Origin: Fimicolochytrium jonesii
Lineage: Eukaryota
Reading direction: 5' to 3'
Assembly (NCBI RefSeq): GCF_025526975.1
Contig: NW_026515668.1
Coordinates: 1,364,001-1,428,000, forward strand
DNA length: 64,000 bases
Part shown: positions 38,700-52,600 of the stretch, one piece after another
Layout: each line of letters begins with the position of its first letter
Numbering within the stretch: position 1 is the stretch's first letter
The notes under the pieces: model-generated
The model's database searches: none
Told to the model about the DNA's origin: nothing
The model's input: the letters and a program-made list of their open reading frames with translations, nothing else
Position numbers and translations under genes: made by a program

Positions 38700-40290
38700 C
38701 ATGGGCTCTTCTTCGAGCTTTGCATACCTCACCATTCAATTCCTTTGATGCCAGCCGAGTGTTGAGTGACGTTTGGGGAAGGCAACGATGTTGGCATCAA
38801 AGACACGAACCCTGGTGCCGAAAGGAATACGGATGCCACGTTTCTCCTTTGTTCGTACTGCTACCTGCTGAACATGTCCGAGTGCGATCGCCGGTACACT
38901 ATTGCTGGATCTGACTGCCAAAAGATGCAATGTGAGCGCATTCATGCGATGAACTCTCGGGATACGTGGACGCGAAGTTACTTACCGATCAGGAACATGG
39001 ATTTGGGAGCCCGCCATTACTGTCTCTGGTTGTCGCAATCCGGGTGCAACCATGATTGCGGAATCTTGAGAATCAGATGAGGTCATGAGGCATGGCCGAA
39101 CGTTCCTCGCTCCATAATGCGGTCGTTGTGTTTCGGCTTGATCAAGCGAATTCGGGACAAGAGAGCGTGTGCGTAGTCGGTGATCCATATTGTGAATGCA
39201 TTATTCCCTCCTTCCTCATAAACTTGAACATATCAAATCATACAGGTTTTCCCGTCGATGTCGATGTCGCGAGTTGATAAATGATGAACGTTCGTAGTCT
39301 GCGCTTGGCGTTCAAAGAGGGGAATAGATTTGTCAGCGCAGTGAGTTTCGAGTCGATGGTCATGTTAACCTCCCTGTCCGAATCGAGGTTCGACAGAAAG
39401 GAGATGTATGTAGATCCAACCTGAATGAAACAAATGGATGTGATGCGGCATTTAGAAATACACGCGATCGTAGACATTGATGGAACCATATTTCCCTGAC
39501 TCGCACGCGTGTTCTCCTTAAATCGCACCACCAGTACTGCACGGCGACGAGGGGTCACCGCGCCCGCATTGGTGGAATGTTTATAGCTTTCCCTGAGGCA
39601 CAGGCTTCGCCGGATACTGGCGATTTTCCGTCATCAAGCAAGCTCCGACTAGCTTTTCACCTTTCGAAGGGTTGAACCCTGCCATGCCGCATGTACTCGC
39701 CATCGCCATCGCTCGGTCTCCAATGTGTTGCGAGGAAATTGCCCTGATCCAAGGTAACACCCAGGCCGAGTAGACGGGTTTTTCCAACGAGTCAGTAATA
39801 GTGGTAATACAGGTTGCGCTGACTTTGAACTGTTGGCTGTTTGAAGTCGCCTTCTTATACAGGCGCAGTTTGAACGACCGCGAGGTCCGAACTTCCGAAA
39901 GCGGGTGAGTGCGAATCGGCTTCGGCGGAGAGAGAAGAAGAGAAGCTATCCGCTGGCGGACTCTGGACACTCCATTGATAGAAAAAAGTTACACAGTGTC
40001 TATGGGTCCGAGCGCCTAACCGAAGGCTATCAGTTCCTTTCCGAATATGCAAGATTGCCGCGAACTTCCTGCGCGAAATCGGAAACAAGTGAGCGGCGAA
40101 GCAGTGTGCCACTGTGATCCTGTGAACCGCATTCTTGTAATATTACCTGCCTTGGTTAGCCGGCAGGTTAGCCGGGCGACAATGACCTTCCGAAAGAACA
40201 CGGAGAAACTGACAACGATGCGATATTCCCAACGAAACCCGACATATGGCGTAGTGAGTGCAAGTAGCCGCTCAGCAAGTGTTTTCTATC
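38700..40290 (-). pseudogene. Decayed copy 1 of an unidentified intron-containing gene (boundaries approximate)
   Basis: Collinear nucleotide similarity to 42440-43990, with stops and frameshifts in all frames. Confidence 0.5.
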
Positions 40291-41469
40291 GTCCGTCCCA
40301 ATCAACCCTTTGGGGAAAGTGAATGCGTCGGAATCATATTGCAGTGATGCAAATCTAACCCTGACGAATTCATGCCATACCTTGACGCGTAATTTAAATG
40401 ACGTCTACTACGTGTTTGCAATATAAATACTGGTTGCGTCAGCAGTTCCGAATTTGTAAACATCAAAAGGAGGAACACAAGGTGACACGGATTGCGGGCA
40501 GTTAGCATGACTGTGCCATCTTTCTGAGGTGTGGCGCAGCAATGCTCAGTCCGAGCCCAGGCCGACGCGTACAACAAGATCCCCCAGCTGCCAATATAAA
40601 AGCGCAGCCAACGCGCAGCAGCCGTGGAACTTCACAGTCGTCAAATGGAAAAAATTCGGGTATTTTTTTTTTTTATAAGTATCTGTGCGCCCCTCACTAT
40701 TCTATTACGTTCTTGGCTATCTCACGGCTGCCGTCTGCCGTCTTTGTCTAACTCCCTGTACCTCGTCATCTCCATCTTCGTTTCACTCAGACCCCGTTCC
40801 TGCAATGTTGCCACACTCGAACGCGTAGCTCAAGCACGAAGGTAGGCGAGTTCAAAGAAATCACGGTGAAGCATCGGCGTCACATGGATTCCTGCGGACA
40901 CTACGCTTTACAAGGATCAGGCAGCTCTCGCGAGGAGACGGTAGGTTGCTTGCAGCCTACCGTTCGCCATCGAGAGTCGAGTCGACGCACCCGCCACTGA
41001 AGCGTCACAGAAGACAAGGCGCGGGTGTCTACGGCTTTGCTTGAATCCGTTTGGGGCATGTTCGGCGTCCAGATCGCCTCCGTGATTTCTAGAGCAGACC
41101 GACCTTCGTCAATGGGCGATGATCGTCTCCTTATGGTATATTGTGAGTTCCCCACTCCTTCGCTATTCCGCCTCTCCATTCGCCTGTGTTGACACCTTCT
41201 CTTCTTCATCCAGAGGTACATCGTCGTCGGCTCTCGTTATTTCGCGTTTTCAAGGTAGTCAGGATTTCCGTGGATTGTCATCCTTTTCTCTGTCAATGGT
41301 CGATGTAAGTATATCGTACCATTGCTAATCACATATCTGCGGGACCTTCGATTGACACTCCACGTCTTCTTCTCAAGAGGCCCCGGAATGATTACGCTCT
41401 TCCTCACGGTCAAGACCTTCTTTCTCTTGGATATGTATACTATAAAAATGATAATATACGAGTTGTATC

Positions 41470-44400
41470 ATTCATAATAAGAAAAGTCATATATCTGCTC
41501 TTCAGATTCATCATGTGCAATTGCTCGTGTATTTCTTAAACCCAGGTCACAAATCCTGACAAGGTGAGCCTGGCGGAAGATTCGCAATGAACAAGGATAG
41601 CAGAAGCGTGGAAAGTCCGTCGCTCCCTGTCTATCATAGCAGGGTACTTCCACGCATAGGATACAATGCCATATAGGAGCCCACCGCTCTGTAGCAAATC
41701 ATTCTACCGCGAGCGCCACGTCCTGAAGCTACCAATCACTTGGCAGAAGGATATGTCCTTTGAACAATGTACGTATCCGCAGATTAAACGAACACATACA
41801 ATCGAAGCAACGTTCACCGTAAATAGAGTAGGAAAGTACGACAGGGGCCACCGATCGATAATCAAGTGTCACAGGGTACGGGCACCTGTGCGCAAACAGT
41901 TGACCACGAAGAGATTTATAAAAATTTGCCTCGAGCGGAGCTGGGCTCACCCAGATTCTCCGTGGCGGGTATACCGAGGACGGCTTTCTACATAGGTAGG
42001 TAAATATGCAGCACACTTTCGAGATCATCCGAGGAACGCAAAAAGTGTGCTTGATTTGTCTTCGACGATCGTTGGCGTGGGCAAAAACGAATGCTGTTTA
42101 ACTCGTTTAGGATTCCGAGTATTGGCCCATCGCGTGAGAGATGCACATCGGCGGGACGGGTGCGTGCAATGTATTGTTGTTCCGACCGTGGGCGTCAATT
42201 TGACCGGGTAGGAAATCGGTTTTCATAGCACCTCGGAGCCGCCGGATCCACAAAATATTGATGTGCTTATAACCCTATCCGACGAGATCTCGTCTAAATG
42301 TTGAGGAGGTCTCCTACGAAAACTGATAGATCTTTGGGTGACGTCCGCGACTGGTGGTTGAAAAAAGTGGGAGTTTAGCTCCATGCATGCCGTCTGATCC
42401 CGACTGTCGTACCCATGTCATGTTGAATCCCATTCGCAATATGCCCTCCATCCTGATATTCTTGAACATAACCAAACCGTGCAGGGTCCCCGTTGATGTC
42501 GATGTGAACGGACTGATGCCGGCCGATGACATTCCAAGCCAGAAGAAGTTGGTGGCAATGTTGCGGCGGCAGTGTTGTCAATGCGTCGATTTCCAAATCG
42601 ATGTCCTGGTAACGCTTTCTGAGTGGATGTCCAAGAGATATGATTTGCAAATGAACCTAGACTAACACAGTGGAAGTGATCCCAACAGCATTCACTACTG
42701 TTGCTGGATCGTCGACATCAAATTGGAAGTCTACTCGACCGGGGCGCTACCCAAGATCAGGGCAATATCCTCACAACACACTGCTATAAAATGGCGATAG
42801 TCCGTAGATGCAGGCTGCCACAGATGAACTTCCCCGTTCAGTAAGTCGAATGATGGGTATCCAGTCACTGTCAAGCACGCGGATGGGTGACGGGAAGGTC
42901 GGCAGTCCCCGCAAAACCGGTGGAACCGATGGAATTCCTGTCCTCCTCCCAAGTGCGCTCTTCCCGGGGAAGTGCAGAGAAACGGCCGTGGAAAAAGACT
43001 GCGCAAGCCGCCGGAGCGTCATCCAGTCCGCGGACTCTGCAGTATCCTATATGGATTCCACTAGTAGGGGCTTGGTGGTCGGTGTCGGCATGCACCACTG
43101 GTCGCGCGTGTCGATCTTGAATATGGTCTTTGCATCAATCGCTCGGCGAATTGTTGTTCCCTCAGTGCTGGCCGCAAAAAATTCCGGACCACGAGATCGG
43201 CCGGATCCATCATTGGATGTTGATGATGAATTGAAGTTGTCAGGACGGCTTTGTCCAGTACCACTCCGTGGGTACAAGAGTCCATTTCCAGTGACTTGGT
43301 GAGTACCGTCGTTCCGGAAGTAAGTTCCAGCCGTGTGATGGAGTCCTATCTCGAATGCGCTCTTGGGGGCTCCGAGAGTTTGAACTCATCCAGAGGGTGA
43401 AGCGGGAACTGGTTGCAGACAGTGGGCTCTGGACCCACTCGGATGCGGTTTTGGCGGCTACGAGAGTGTGAACGCTTCAGAAGGCGAAACGGGAACGGCT
43501 TGTAGACGGTCTCTGGACCCATGCCGTTTCCTCAATGAAAGCGGAAGTCTCCGCGCCAGCGGCGGGGGGCCTCACGCGATAGAAATAGGATAAAAATGCG
43601 AGGCCCAGAACGTCTGCCGACTTCATAATGTCCGTGTCCGACATTCCAAATCCAGGAAAGTTGGGCTCGGCTCTGAGGGAAAAGAAGATGGAAAATTATC
43701 AACTTGTAGACTCTTGATAGTACTTCATTTGAAACCTTACCGAGTGTCAATGGGTCCGAGGGCCCAAACGAAGGCTTTTAGTAGCTTCCAAAATTGCCGC
43801 AAGCTCCCGGTGCCAAATTCGGAAGGAAGTGAATGGTGAATCAGAGTACCCCCTGTAATTCTGTGAAACTGCAAATGCCTTTTAAACCGTATTGGTTACT
43901 CAGGGACTTCTTGGTTACGCGGGCGACAATCTTTCAATCCTCCGATTCTAATGGGACAACGTTTGAGAAACCGACGACGATTCGGTATCCCCGGCGAAAA
44001 CGGGATGATGGCCCGCTGCGTGAGGGAAGCTGTTCTGCAGGTGTCTTCTGTAGTCCATATCCATCGACCGTTTCGGGGAAGTGGATGCGTCCGAGCTCGT
44101 CTTTTTCATATTGCGTTGAACCTGTCATCCCTGTAATCTCAAACACCTGGGCACACGAAACCCATCACCGTTGCCAGATCTATGCCGAAGGGTTTATGCC
44201 AGCTGAAGACCGTTCCTGGTCAGCGTAACAGTCGAAGAAGGCGGAAGGCCAGCACTTCTGGAGACTGGTGTTCACGAGTTTGCTACAAGCTGATGGTCAC
44301 GGTATTCTTCCGTGCCCACGAGGTACGGAGGAACGGCACCTGAGCTCCGGGGTGCACGATGCGATATACCCAGATGAAATGCCTTCAAGGCCAGGCAATC

Positions 44401-44740
44401 GTGTTGCGTCCGAGCGGTCGGACAGTCAAATGGCGAGGGTCAGCTGGATCTCCCTCCCTGGAGGTGTAAGGATCGAACAGCAGATATCGGTGTCTGTCCA
44501 GCTATGTGATCGCCTAGTGCGTTGGAATTGCCGAGAGAAATCGCGGATCCCCAGCAAAGACTGCCACCTCCCAAGCACAAAGAACCCCGGCAAGACTTTA
44601 CGAAGCACGAAGCAGACTGTACGAGTCGGCGAATCCATTGCGTCCAACACATTTTTCAGCATCTTTCCTTTGAAATTCACAGTCGCCAACATGAAGCGGT
44701 CATGGAGAAGAAAAATCCCTTGGTCGGCGTTGCAATGATC
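41470..44740 (-). pseudogene. Decayed copy 2 of the same unidentified gene (boundaries approximate)
   Basis: Blocks 42441-42505 and 43743-43931 match 39203-39267 and 39995-40181. Residual splice sites and broken ORFs. Confidence 0.5.
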
Positions 44741-45377
44741 ACCGGATCAACTTGTAAAGCATATCGCCCGTCGCTGTTCTATGTGAGCTGAGTGTGTCGG
44801 AGCATGCACCCAGACGTCACTGACTCAACATCATATTCCCCTAGCATAGATCTCCTCCCATTCCAGTTTGAAGTTCCTGTCGTCAGATGCCTCCCGAACT
44901 TCCAATCACGACGCCGTGCCCGTTGGGTGACGCCTCCCCAACCACGCAATGTATGCGGAGCTTGCCGGATGCAAGATGCCGCGACTTACCCGAAGGACAG
45001 GTTGGGTTGGGTCAGACTCGATCATCCATGGGATTGGCGCTTTGTGCGTTTTGAACTTTCTGGGCGCCGCGATGAGACTGAATGTCGGCGATCCACGCAT
45101 GCACTAAAGTTTGTCTGAGCCTGAGGTGCCCGTCGTCGGCTGAGTGATTTGGGCGGGAAGTCGGATTCCAAAGAGACATGGAATGCGTGGGATGCGCATA
45201 AAATGCTACACATCGATGTTCATGAGTCGATTCGAGCTTTTCGGCTACGTCTGTATCGAGCGAAAATACAACCCATAAGACTTCATAATCTAGGATCAAC
45301 ATCGTGCTATGTGGGAAAGGTGTACGTACGCACGTCGCAAATCGCTGCAGTAGCGAGAGTGTCCGAAATGGGCGTGA

Positions 45378-45422
45378 CAGAACCCCGTGGGCTCAGCACT
45401 CCAGAACCCCGTGGGCTCAGCA
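45378..45422. repeat. 21-bp direct repeat (24-bp period)
   Basis: cagaaccccgtgggctcagca at 45378-45398 and 45402-45422. Confidence 0.95.
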
Positions 45423-45489
45423 TTTGATTTGGAGACTCCGCTTTCGGACTCGACCCTTGAAGCCCGAACCCACAAACTCATCCACACCC

Positions 45490-45530
45490 TCACCCACCCA
45501 ACACCCACCCAACACCCACCCAACACCCAC
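45490..45530. repeat. 11-bp minisatellite (CACCCACCCAA)x3+
   Basis: cacccacccaacacccacccaacacccacccaacacccac. Confidence 0.9.
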
Positions 45531-45551
45531 TCCCCATCCTCAACAAGCACA

Positions 45552-47384
45552 ATGGCCAGAGGACAAGCCCAAGGAGTAAGTACTCCAAGCGGAATGGCAG
45601 AGGTCGCGAAGATGCCATCGAGTCCTGTTCCTTTGTATGCCACTTCCGAGTCCTGACCAAGTATGTTTTGAAAGCCCCCTGCCCGCAGCCCGTACGTGGG
45701 GATGACGTTCGTCCGGGCACTCCATGCCTTCATTGGAGCCAACAAGGACGACCCCACCATCAAGGACATGTTAGTCCTTTCCGGTCCGCCGAATGTGGAC
45801 ATCTTCGTCCCGGCCGACTGCAAGGAGTGGCGCTGGAAGGCTATCTACAAGTATGTCCAGCTGTTTGTGTGCTTATTGTCTGTCCGTGGGGTGCTGACGA
45901 GCAACATCTTCCATCCACAGTGAGGTGAACGGAATCCGTCTGGCCACCGGTTTCCAAGGCCGTTATTTTTGGAAACGCGTCTTGCCGTCCAATGGCAGCA
46001 CGTTGGGCCTGAGCGGTTTGGGCCGCATGAGGATTGACGGTAAGCTGCTTCCATGCATATCGGTGGAGTTTTTGTCGACGCTGCGAGCAGGGCTGATCGC
46101 GTCTCTATTTTTAGACCCTCATGCCGGCCCTTCCGCCCTCCCCCGTGCTCCTGCTGGTAAGAGAACGAGCAACAGTCGATATTCCTCGGTAAGAACGAAG
46201 CTCTAACGTTTCTTCCCACTCAGTGCCGGCGAAGACGAAGGCGAAGGAAGTGAAGAAGGAGACCGAAGTGAAGGAGGGGCCGCCTGAACGTACGTACAGT
46301 AAGAATCGGTTGCTGGAGAAGCAGCGTGCGGTGTTCGCAGATGTGGGGCACTGGGGATGTGAGCATTGTGCTGCGTGCCCGTACCGTGTGACAATGGCGT
46401 GGACTCGGACCCCTGCTGCGCGCAGTGGTGGTCGTTCGCGGCAGATGTCTCCATGAATCCATAGTAGTATAATGATACTGTCATTGATACCTACAGTCAG
46501 TGTCAGTCATGGTATATATGACCGGTCGATCCGAGGGGGCCAAAGCTTGAATTCAGACGGGCTCACATACGGACGGACGCTCGAGAAGGAATACCCGACA
46601 GACCGTAGAGGTGGGCGAGCAAAGCGAGCACCTCGAACGATTCTGAAGCGAACGCTGCTATCCATGTGAATGGGGAACTTGGCAAGCTTACATTTTTTTT
46701 CGTTCAATATATAGCCAGCAGCAGCAGCAGCACGAAGCGCCTGGCCTCCCGTCCCGCCTCGCCCCAGCAACGTCGCCCTCCCCAACCACAAGGACCCCGC
46801 TCCCGCACCCGCACCGCCTCCCCTGACCGCCCTGGCGGTACCTTGTTCAACTTCCGCCCCAACCCCAATTCCCCGTGGCAGACGAAGATGTGGCACCACG
46901 GCGACAGTTTGGCTCGGCGAGAGGAGACATGCTGCCACTGGACCCCTCGCAAGCGATCCACCCGCTCTCGTCGACCACCCCCACGGCCGTCGCCCGAGGT
47001 CAAAGAGGAAAAACGAAAAGAAGAAGAAGACGAAGAAGACAAGCTTGTCGTGGTGAAGAAGGAAAAGGAATGAGGAGGAGGTCAAGGACGGTAAGGGTTT
47101 CGTCGGCCGCATCCACAAGCAATATTCTGAACGCATATTCAGTTCCAACGCTCAAAAAAAACTTCATATTGCAGCTGAAAGGGTTCATTCCTCTAGCGTT
47201 TACACTTCCTACCGCGGCCTATTGAGATCATCCGCTTACATCCCAGCTTCATCCGCACTACGTCATTCAAGTTCAAACGGCTACTGTTGAGCTTCACACC
47301 TTCGCATCCTTTTTCAAACGCGTGCAGCTTGTGAAGAGGAAGACGGAGGGTTGGCGGCCAAAAATGGACCGGATAATGGAGTAG
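45552..47384 (+). pseudogene. Multi-exon orphan gene or pseudogene of unknown family
   Basis: Series of canonical donors, branch sites and acceptors linking protein-like exons. Apparent frameshifts near 45555 and 47071 and an in-frame TGA at 47223. Confidence 0.5.
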
Positions 47385-48104
47385 ATTCACTTCCTTAGAA
47401 CGATCTGAATTTGCGACGTATGAACTTGAATGGGAACGCGTATGAACTTGATCAGGTAGTTGCGTATGAAGTTATAAATAAGAAAAAGATGTGCGTATCA
47501 AAATATACTTCTATGTGAACTGAAAATGCGTTCAGGGATACGAGCAGTGTTGTGCCGAGACGAGAAGCCACCTCCACAACCCTAACTCGCGGGGTAGAAA
47601 AGACCAGTGCGAAAGACGACGGCTTCGCTGACAATCACTGATCAATAAGCAGCCCATCAAGCACCGTATGTACGCGCCGTTTTCGCCGGCGACATTGCCT
47701 TCCGACGCTCCTTCTATCCAAACCAAATGATTCCCCCACCTGTATATTTTCGTTTTTGCTTCGTTTTTATCGCTCCCCTAAGAATTATAATGGCTTGCGT
47801 CTGCGATGTATTGCCTTCAAAAGATGGCACATAATGCATGCAATCCGGCTGCATTTACTTCTATCACCGGCGTTCCATGACGAGCGAGGAAACGTTGCGG
47901 CGTAGAGTAAGGACGATGGACAAGATGGACGACTCCAGATCCAGCGTATGCTCTGTTTGCTCAACGCACGGCCGCCAAGGCAGCCATTCCATCCTGAGAG
48001 ACCCGTTGACATCCTAAGTCAACACATGCTCGGAGGGCAGCGAGCAGCGAGACTTGGCGTCCCAGTTCCAACCGCAGGCATGCAATCAGCGAGACCTGGC
48101 ATCC

Positions 48105-48911
48105 ATGCAAGGACGTCCGTCCAGAAAGCCACCACACCTCCGAATTGGAATCACCGTGATGGATACATTACCATGGTGTAGTTAGGGATTAGTAGCTTAG
48201 GAATTAGTTTCCATCGATGCGGCTGATGAGTGCCATCGATAGCAGCGGCCGGCTGAGGTGTGACATCGATAGAGGCGGCGAAGGAGTGCGAGAGAGCGAG
48301 ACTGGTGAGAGACTGATGAGACTTTCCCAGTGGTTTCCCAGGAATAGAAAAGAAGGGCAGTACCGGCATCCCCCCCCCCCCCCCCCCCTTTGAAAATTCA
48401 GAACGCATATACGGTTGCACTACTAGCATCTGCTTCGAAGAGGAAGATTACTACCCGCATGTTTGGCTCCTGTCAGTAATGTGTTTGCTGTTGGACCCCG
48501 TCGCTTACAATAAACTCTCTTCCTGTGAAAGCAGTCAACCGTCAAGAACGAACGAAGCCGGGGCATGTCGTCTCTCCCAAGTCTAATGCCAGACTCAAGT
48601 CACCCGCACTAGTGGATCGCGAATGCCAAGCAAGCACCGCTACACCACACTAAGTGTGTTGGTTCCTTTCGAGACGGCACTGTAGATGGTGTTTCAAAGA
48701 TAGTTAGTTAGTCCCTTTGCGAACTCCCCCGTGTACTTTGGCAAACGGAGTGCCCCCGTGGGCATGGGCCATGGGCGATAGGCTGGGATAGTTCTACAGT
48801 AGCCCCAAATCGTATAGGAACAGCGTTGTAATGTTTAGGCATGCAATGACGTCCGTCCAGAAAACCACACCTCCGAATTGTGATCAGTGGATGGATCATT
48901 CTGCAGTGTAT
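48105..48911. repeat. Degenerate ~75-bp direct repeats (48105-48180 and 48840-48911) flanking a segment with a C19 run (48370-48388)
   Basis: catgcaa(g/t)gacgtccgtccagaaa..accacacctccgaattg..gatggat is shared by both copies. Confidence 0.8.
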
Positions 48912-49677
48912 CGGAGTTTCCAGGGATGGTTCCATATTTTGCACCGCCCACGCGTTACCAACTACCAACATGCGCGACGGGGTGGGCGCGGCGCGTCGGA
49001 GCATGATGGAACAATCGCGGCCTGGATGCATTACGGCATTACGGCATCGACCAGCAAGCGAATTTTTGCCATTTCATTCAGCCTGTCCCCCTGTCCCGTC
49101 CCTATATGAGGCGTTCCCTGACTTGGCAAGCACTCGAGGACTCGACGCAAAGAGAACCCGCTGTCCAAACGGACTATTCACTATACACAGAGCGCATCGT
49201 TCATATATACCGCTCCTGCAGAGTAGACCTTCACCTCTGCCCGTAGTCGTCGGAGTGCGCGCTATCTGACGTTAGTTGGTTTTACAGCCATCTTCAACTT
49301 CGCTGGTGAGTGCACGGTCGGGCAGGCGATGTGGGAGCGACAGTGGGGGAGATGGTGGGACCTCGCACCGGCAGAAAGCACTTGCGGGTCGGGTGGGAGC
49401 GGGCTCAGGGTGCGAGTGCCAGCACAGAAATGGGTGGCTGGAGTCGGAGGTGGTTTCCGTTTCCTAATCAAGGCATGGGAAAATCCACCATCACGGATGG
49501 CAGACCGATTTCCAAGTATGCACTTGGAAGTCTGAACCATATAAGCCTATCGAACGAAGCAAGCACGCAAGGCGAAGTGTGTGCTGTCGAAGAGTAACAA
49601 CGCGACTTAATCCTCATAATCATCGCTCGGTCTCACAGGTCCGCTCACGAAGTTCTCTTCCGTTCACAACGCAGAAA

Positions 49678-52600
49678 ATGTCAGAGGAGCACGATCAGAA
49701 CAAGTCGGGCGGTGCGTTAGACGCTCCACCACAAGCTACCTCGGCTAGTGGTGGGCCCGCCGCTAATACGACGCTACCCGAGTACACTGCGCATGCGGTG
49801 CCTGTCACCCAACCGTCGGTTGCATTCATTGAGCCCAAGACCGCTGCAGCTCCCGCTCCGGCCGCGACTCCAGCTCCTGCCCCTACTTCCAACCCACCTC
49901 CTTCAGTGTCAGGGCCCAAGACGTATGCCATCGAAGAGACACCTATACACGGACCTAAAAAGCCTGCCGCTGATGACAAGAAGGCTGAAACTGTGGATAT
50001 TGTAAGTGATCATATCGTGGGAAAGTAAAGGGCAGGTTCCGAAATCGGTTGATCCATCTGACACTCTTCGCTGTAGTCGGAGCACATGCTCTCGATTGAG
50101 GATATTCAAAAGAAGTACAACGTGAGCGTTGATCCCGCGAAACCGGCTGCCTCCGCCGGACTTTCGACAGCGGAAGCTCAGAAGCGGCTCACAGAACAAG
50201 GGCTGAATCAGCTCAGCCCGCCCAAAAAGCGGCATCCATTCCTGAAGTTCATGGATCATCTGCTGGGTCTCTTCAATCTCATGCTGTTGGCAGCTGGTAT
50301 CGCCGCGTACATTCTTTTTGGCATTGACACCGTGGGAAACAAGCCCAATGTAGGTATACACGCATGGCAGGTTTACCCTAAATCAAAAACTCACATTCCG
50401 TATCCAATAGCTTTGGCTGGGAGCGATTCTTATCATTGTGGCCTTTCTCAACGCCACTATTGAGTTTGTGCAAGGACAGAAGAGTGCTGCCATTTTGGAG
50501 TCATTCTTGGTAAGTAGTGTCGTCAAAGTGGCCTAGCGCAGTGCCCTCCTTCTAACCCGTGCGTTGGCAGAATTTGATCCCGGCAAAGTGTTACGCTATC
50601 CGCGATGGGAAAGTTTCTCAAACACCGGCAGTCGAGCTTGTCCGCGGTGATATCGTGTATGTGCGCAGTGGAGATAAGGTTCCGGCCGATTTGTACATCT
50701 TCGCCGCAAACGAGTTCAAGGTCGACAACTCTTCCCTCACGGGCGAAGCTGATCCGCAAGAACGAAAGGCGAAGAACACCCACACGAACCCTCTCGAGGC
50801 CACCAATCTGGTTTTCAACGGAACCCTTTCGGTGAATGGTATGTCAAATATTCGTTTTGTGCTGCACTAGGATCGACAACTTGGTCTAATTACTCGCACA
50901 AAGGCGATGGCTACGGTATCGTCGTGCGCACTGGAGATCACACGGTGATTGGGCAGATTGCCTCCATGACTGCAAACGAATCTCGGGGAAAGTCTCCTTT
51001 GACGACCGAAATCGACCATTTCGTGAAGCTGATTGCTGGTGTCGCGGCCGTTGTCGCTATTGTTTTCTTCATCCTGGCCATCTGTGCAAAGGGGCTCAGC
51101 GTTTCCAACGCTTTGAACTTCGCCATTGGGACCTTCGTTAGTTTCGTCCCGGAAGGTCTTCCTGCGACTGTCACGGTACGTGCGTGCTCAGGTAAATCTC
51201 TTGCACTGCGGACGTCTCTGACACTGCTTTCTTCGAGCAGATCCTATTGACATTCGCTGCGAAGCGCATGGCCTTGAGGAATGTCCTCGTCAAGGACTTA
51301 CAAGGAGTGGAGACACTTGGCGCTATCACGTTGCTGGCGACGGACAAGACAGGAACCTTGACTCGAAACCAAATGACGGTCACCTACATCTGGACTGGAG
51401 GCGAGCTTTACTTCGCACAGAATGTCTCCGAATCATCCTCCGATGCGCAAGAAGCGAAAGTTTTGGACATGAATGCACCTGCCGTCAATGAGATTGTCCA
51501 CATCGAAGCGCTCTGCTCTCGTGCTAGATTCGAAACGACCGAAGGGCCTGTCTCGGAACGCCCCGTACTGGGAGATGCAACGGAAACGGGTTTACTACGT
51601 CATGCCGCTTCGAGGATTACAAGCTTCGATGGAGTGTATGACAAATACCCCAAGGTTCGTGTGTGTTTGCAAGTGATACCCTCGATGTTATCAGCGTTGG
51701 CTAATTTGCGCAACGGATCAGGTCCTCGAGATTCCCTTCAACTCCGAAAACAAGTGGGCGATGACGATCCATAAAAAACAGCACGCGAACGGTGACCTTA
51801 TGGTATACCTGAAAGGCGCCCCTGAGCGTGTGCTACGAATTTGTTCCCACTTCTTCGAAGGCGACAAGGCGGTTGAGATGACTGACGAACACAAGCAGCG
51901 ATTCGAGAAAACGTATACCTTTATGGCCTCAAAGGGACACCGTGTACTTGCGTTCGCTGCATTGGCTTTGCCACGTGACAAGTATCCGGAAGATTTTGTC
52001 TTCACAAAGGACCCCGCTAACTACCCTTCGACCGGATTGACGTTCTACGGCTTGGTCTCGCTTGAAGATCCCCCGAAGCACGGTGTCCGTGAAGCCATTG
52101 GACACTGTCGTGAAGCCGGCATCAAAGTGATGATGGTCACCGGTGACCATCCTCTCACTGCCGAGGCCATCGGACGCAAGATCAACTTGATGTTGCAAGA
52201 CACCAAGGAGATGATCGCTGCCAAGAGGGGTGCATCGGTCGACAGCATCCCGGAAACCGATGTCAACGCCATTGTGATCCACGGGGAGCAGATCGACAGG
52301 CTCACCGATGCGGATTGGGACAACATCTTCAGCAAAGAGGAAATCATCTTTGCGCGCACATCGCCCAAGCACAAGTTGCAAATTGTCAAGCGTGCACAAG
52401 CACATGGTCACATCGTAGGTGTGACCGGAGATGGTGTCAACGATTCGCCCGCTCTGAAGAAAGCGGATCTGGGCATTGCGATGAACATCAGTGGAAGCGA
52501 TGTCTCAAAAGAGGCTGCTGCCATGATCTTGGTCGATGATAACTTCGCCAGTACCGTCAGTGGTATTGAAGAAGGACGTCTCATCTTCCAGAACCTGAAG

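Noticed and set aside
45378..45422. CRISPR-like direct repeats (also 4566 and 15923)
   Set aside because: Only two units, no spacers, eukaryotic context, no cas genes.
48600..48614. CTAGT as a Helitron 3' end
   Set aside because: No GC-rich subterminal hairpin and no Rep/helicase remnants.
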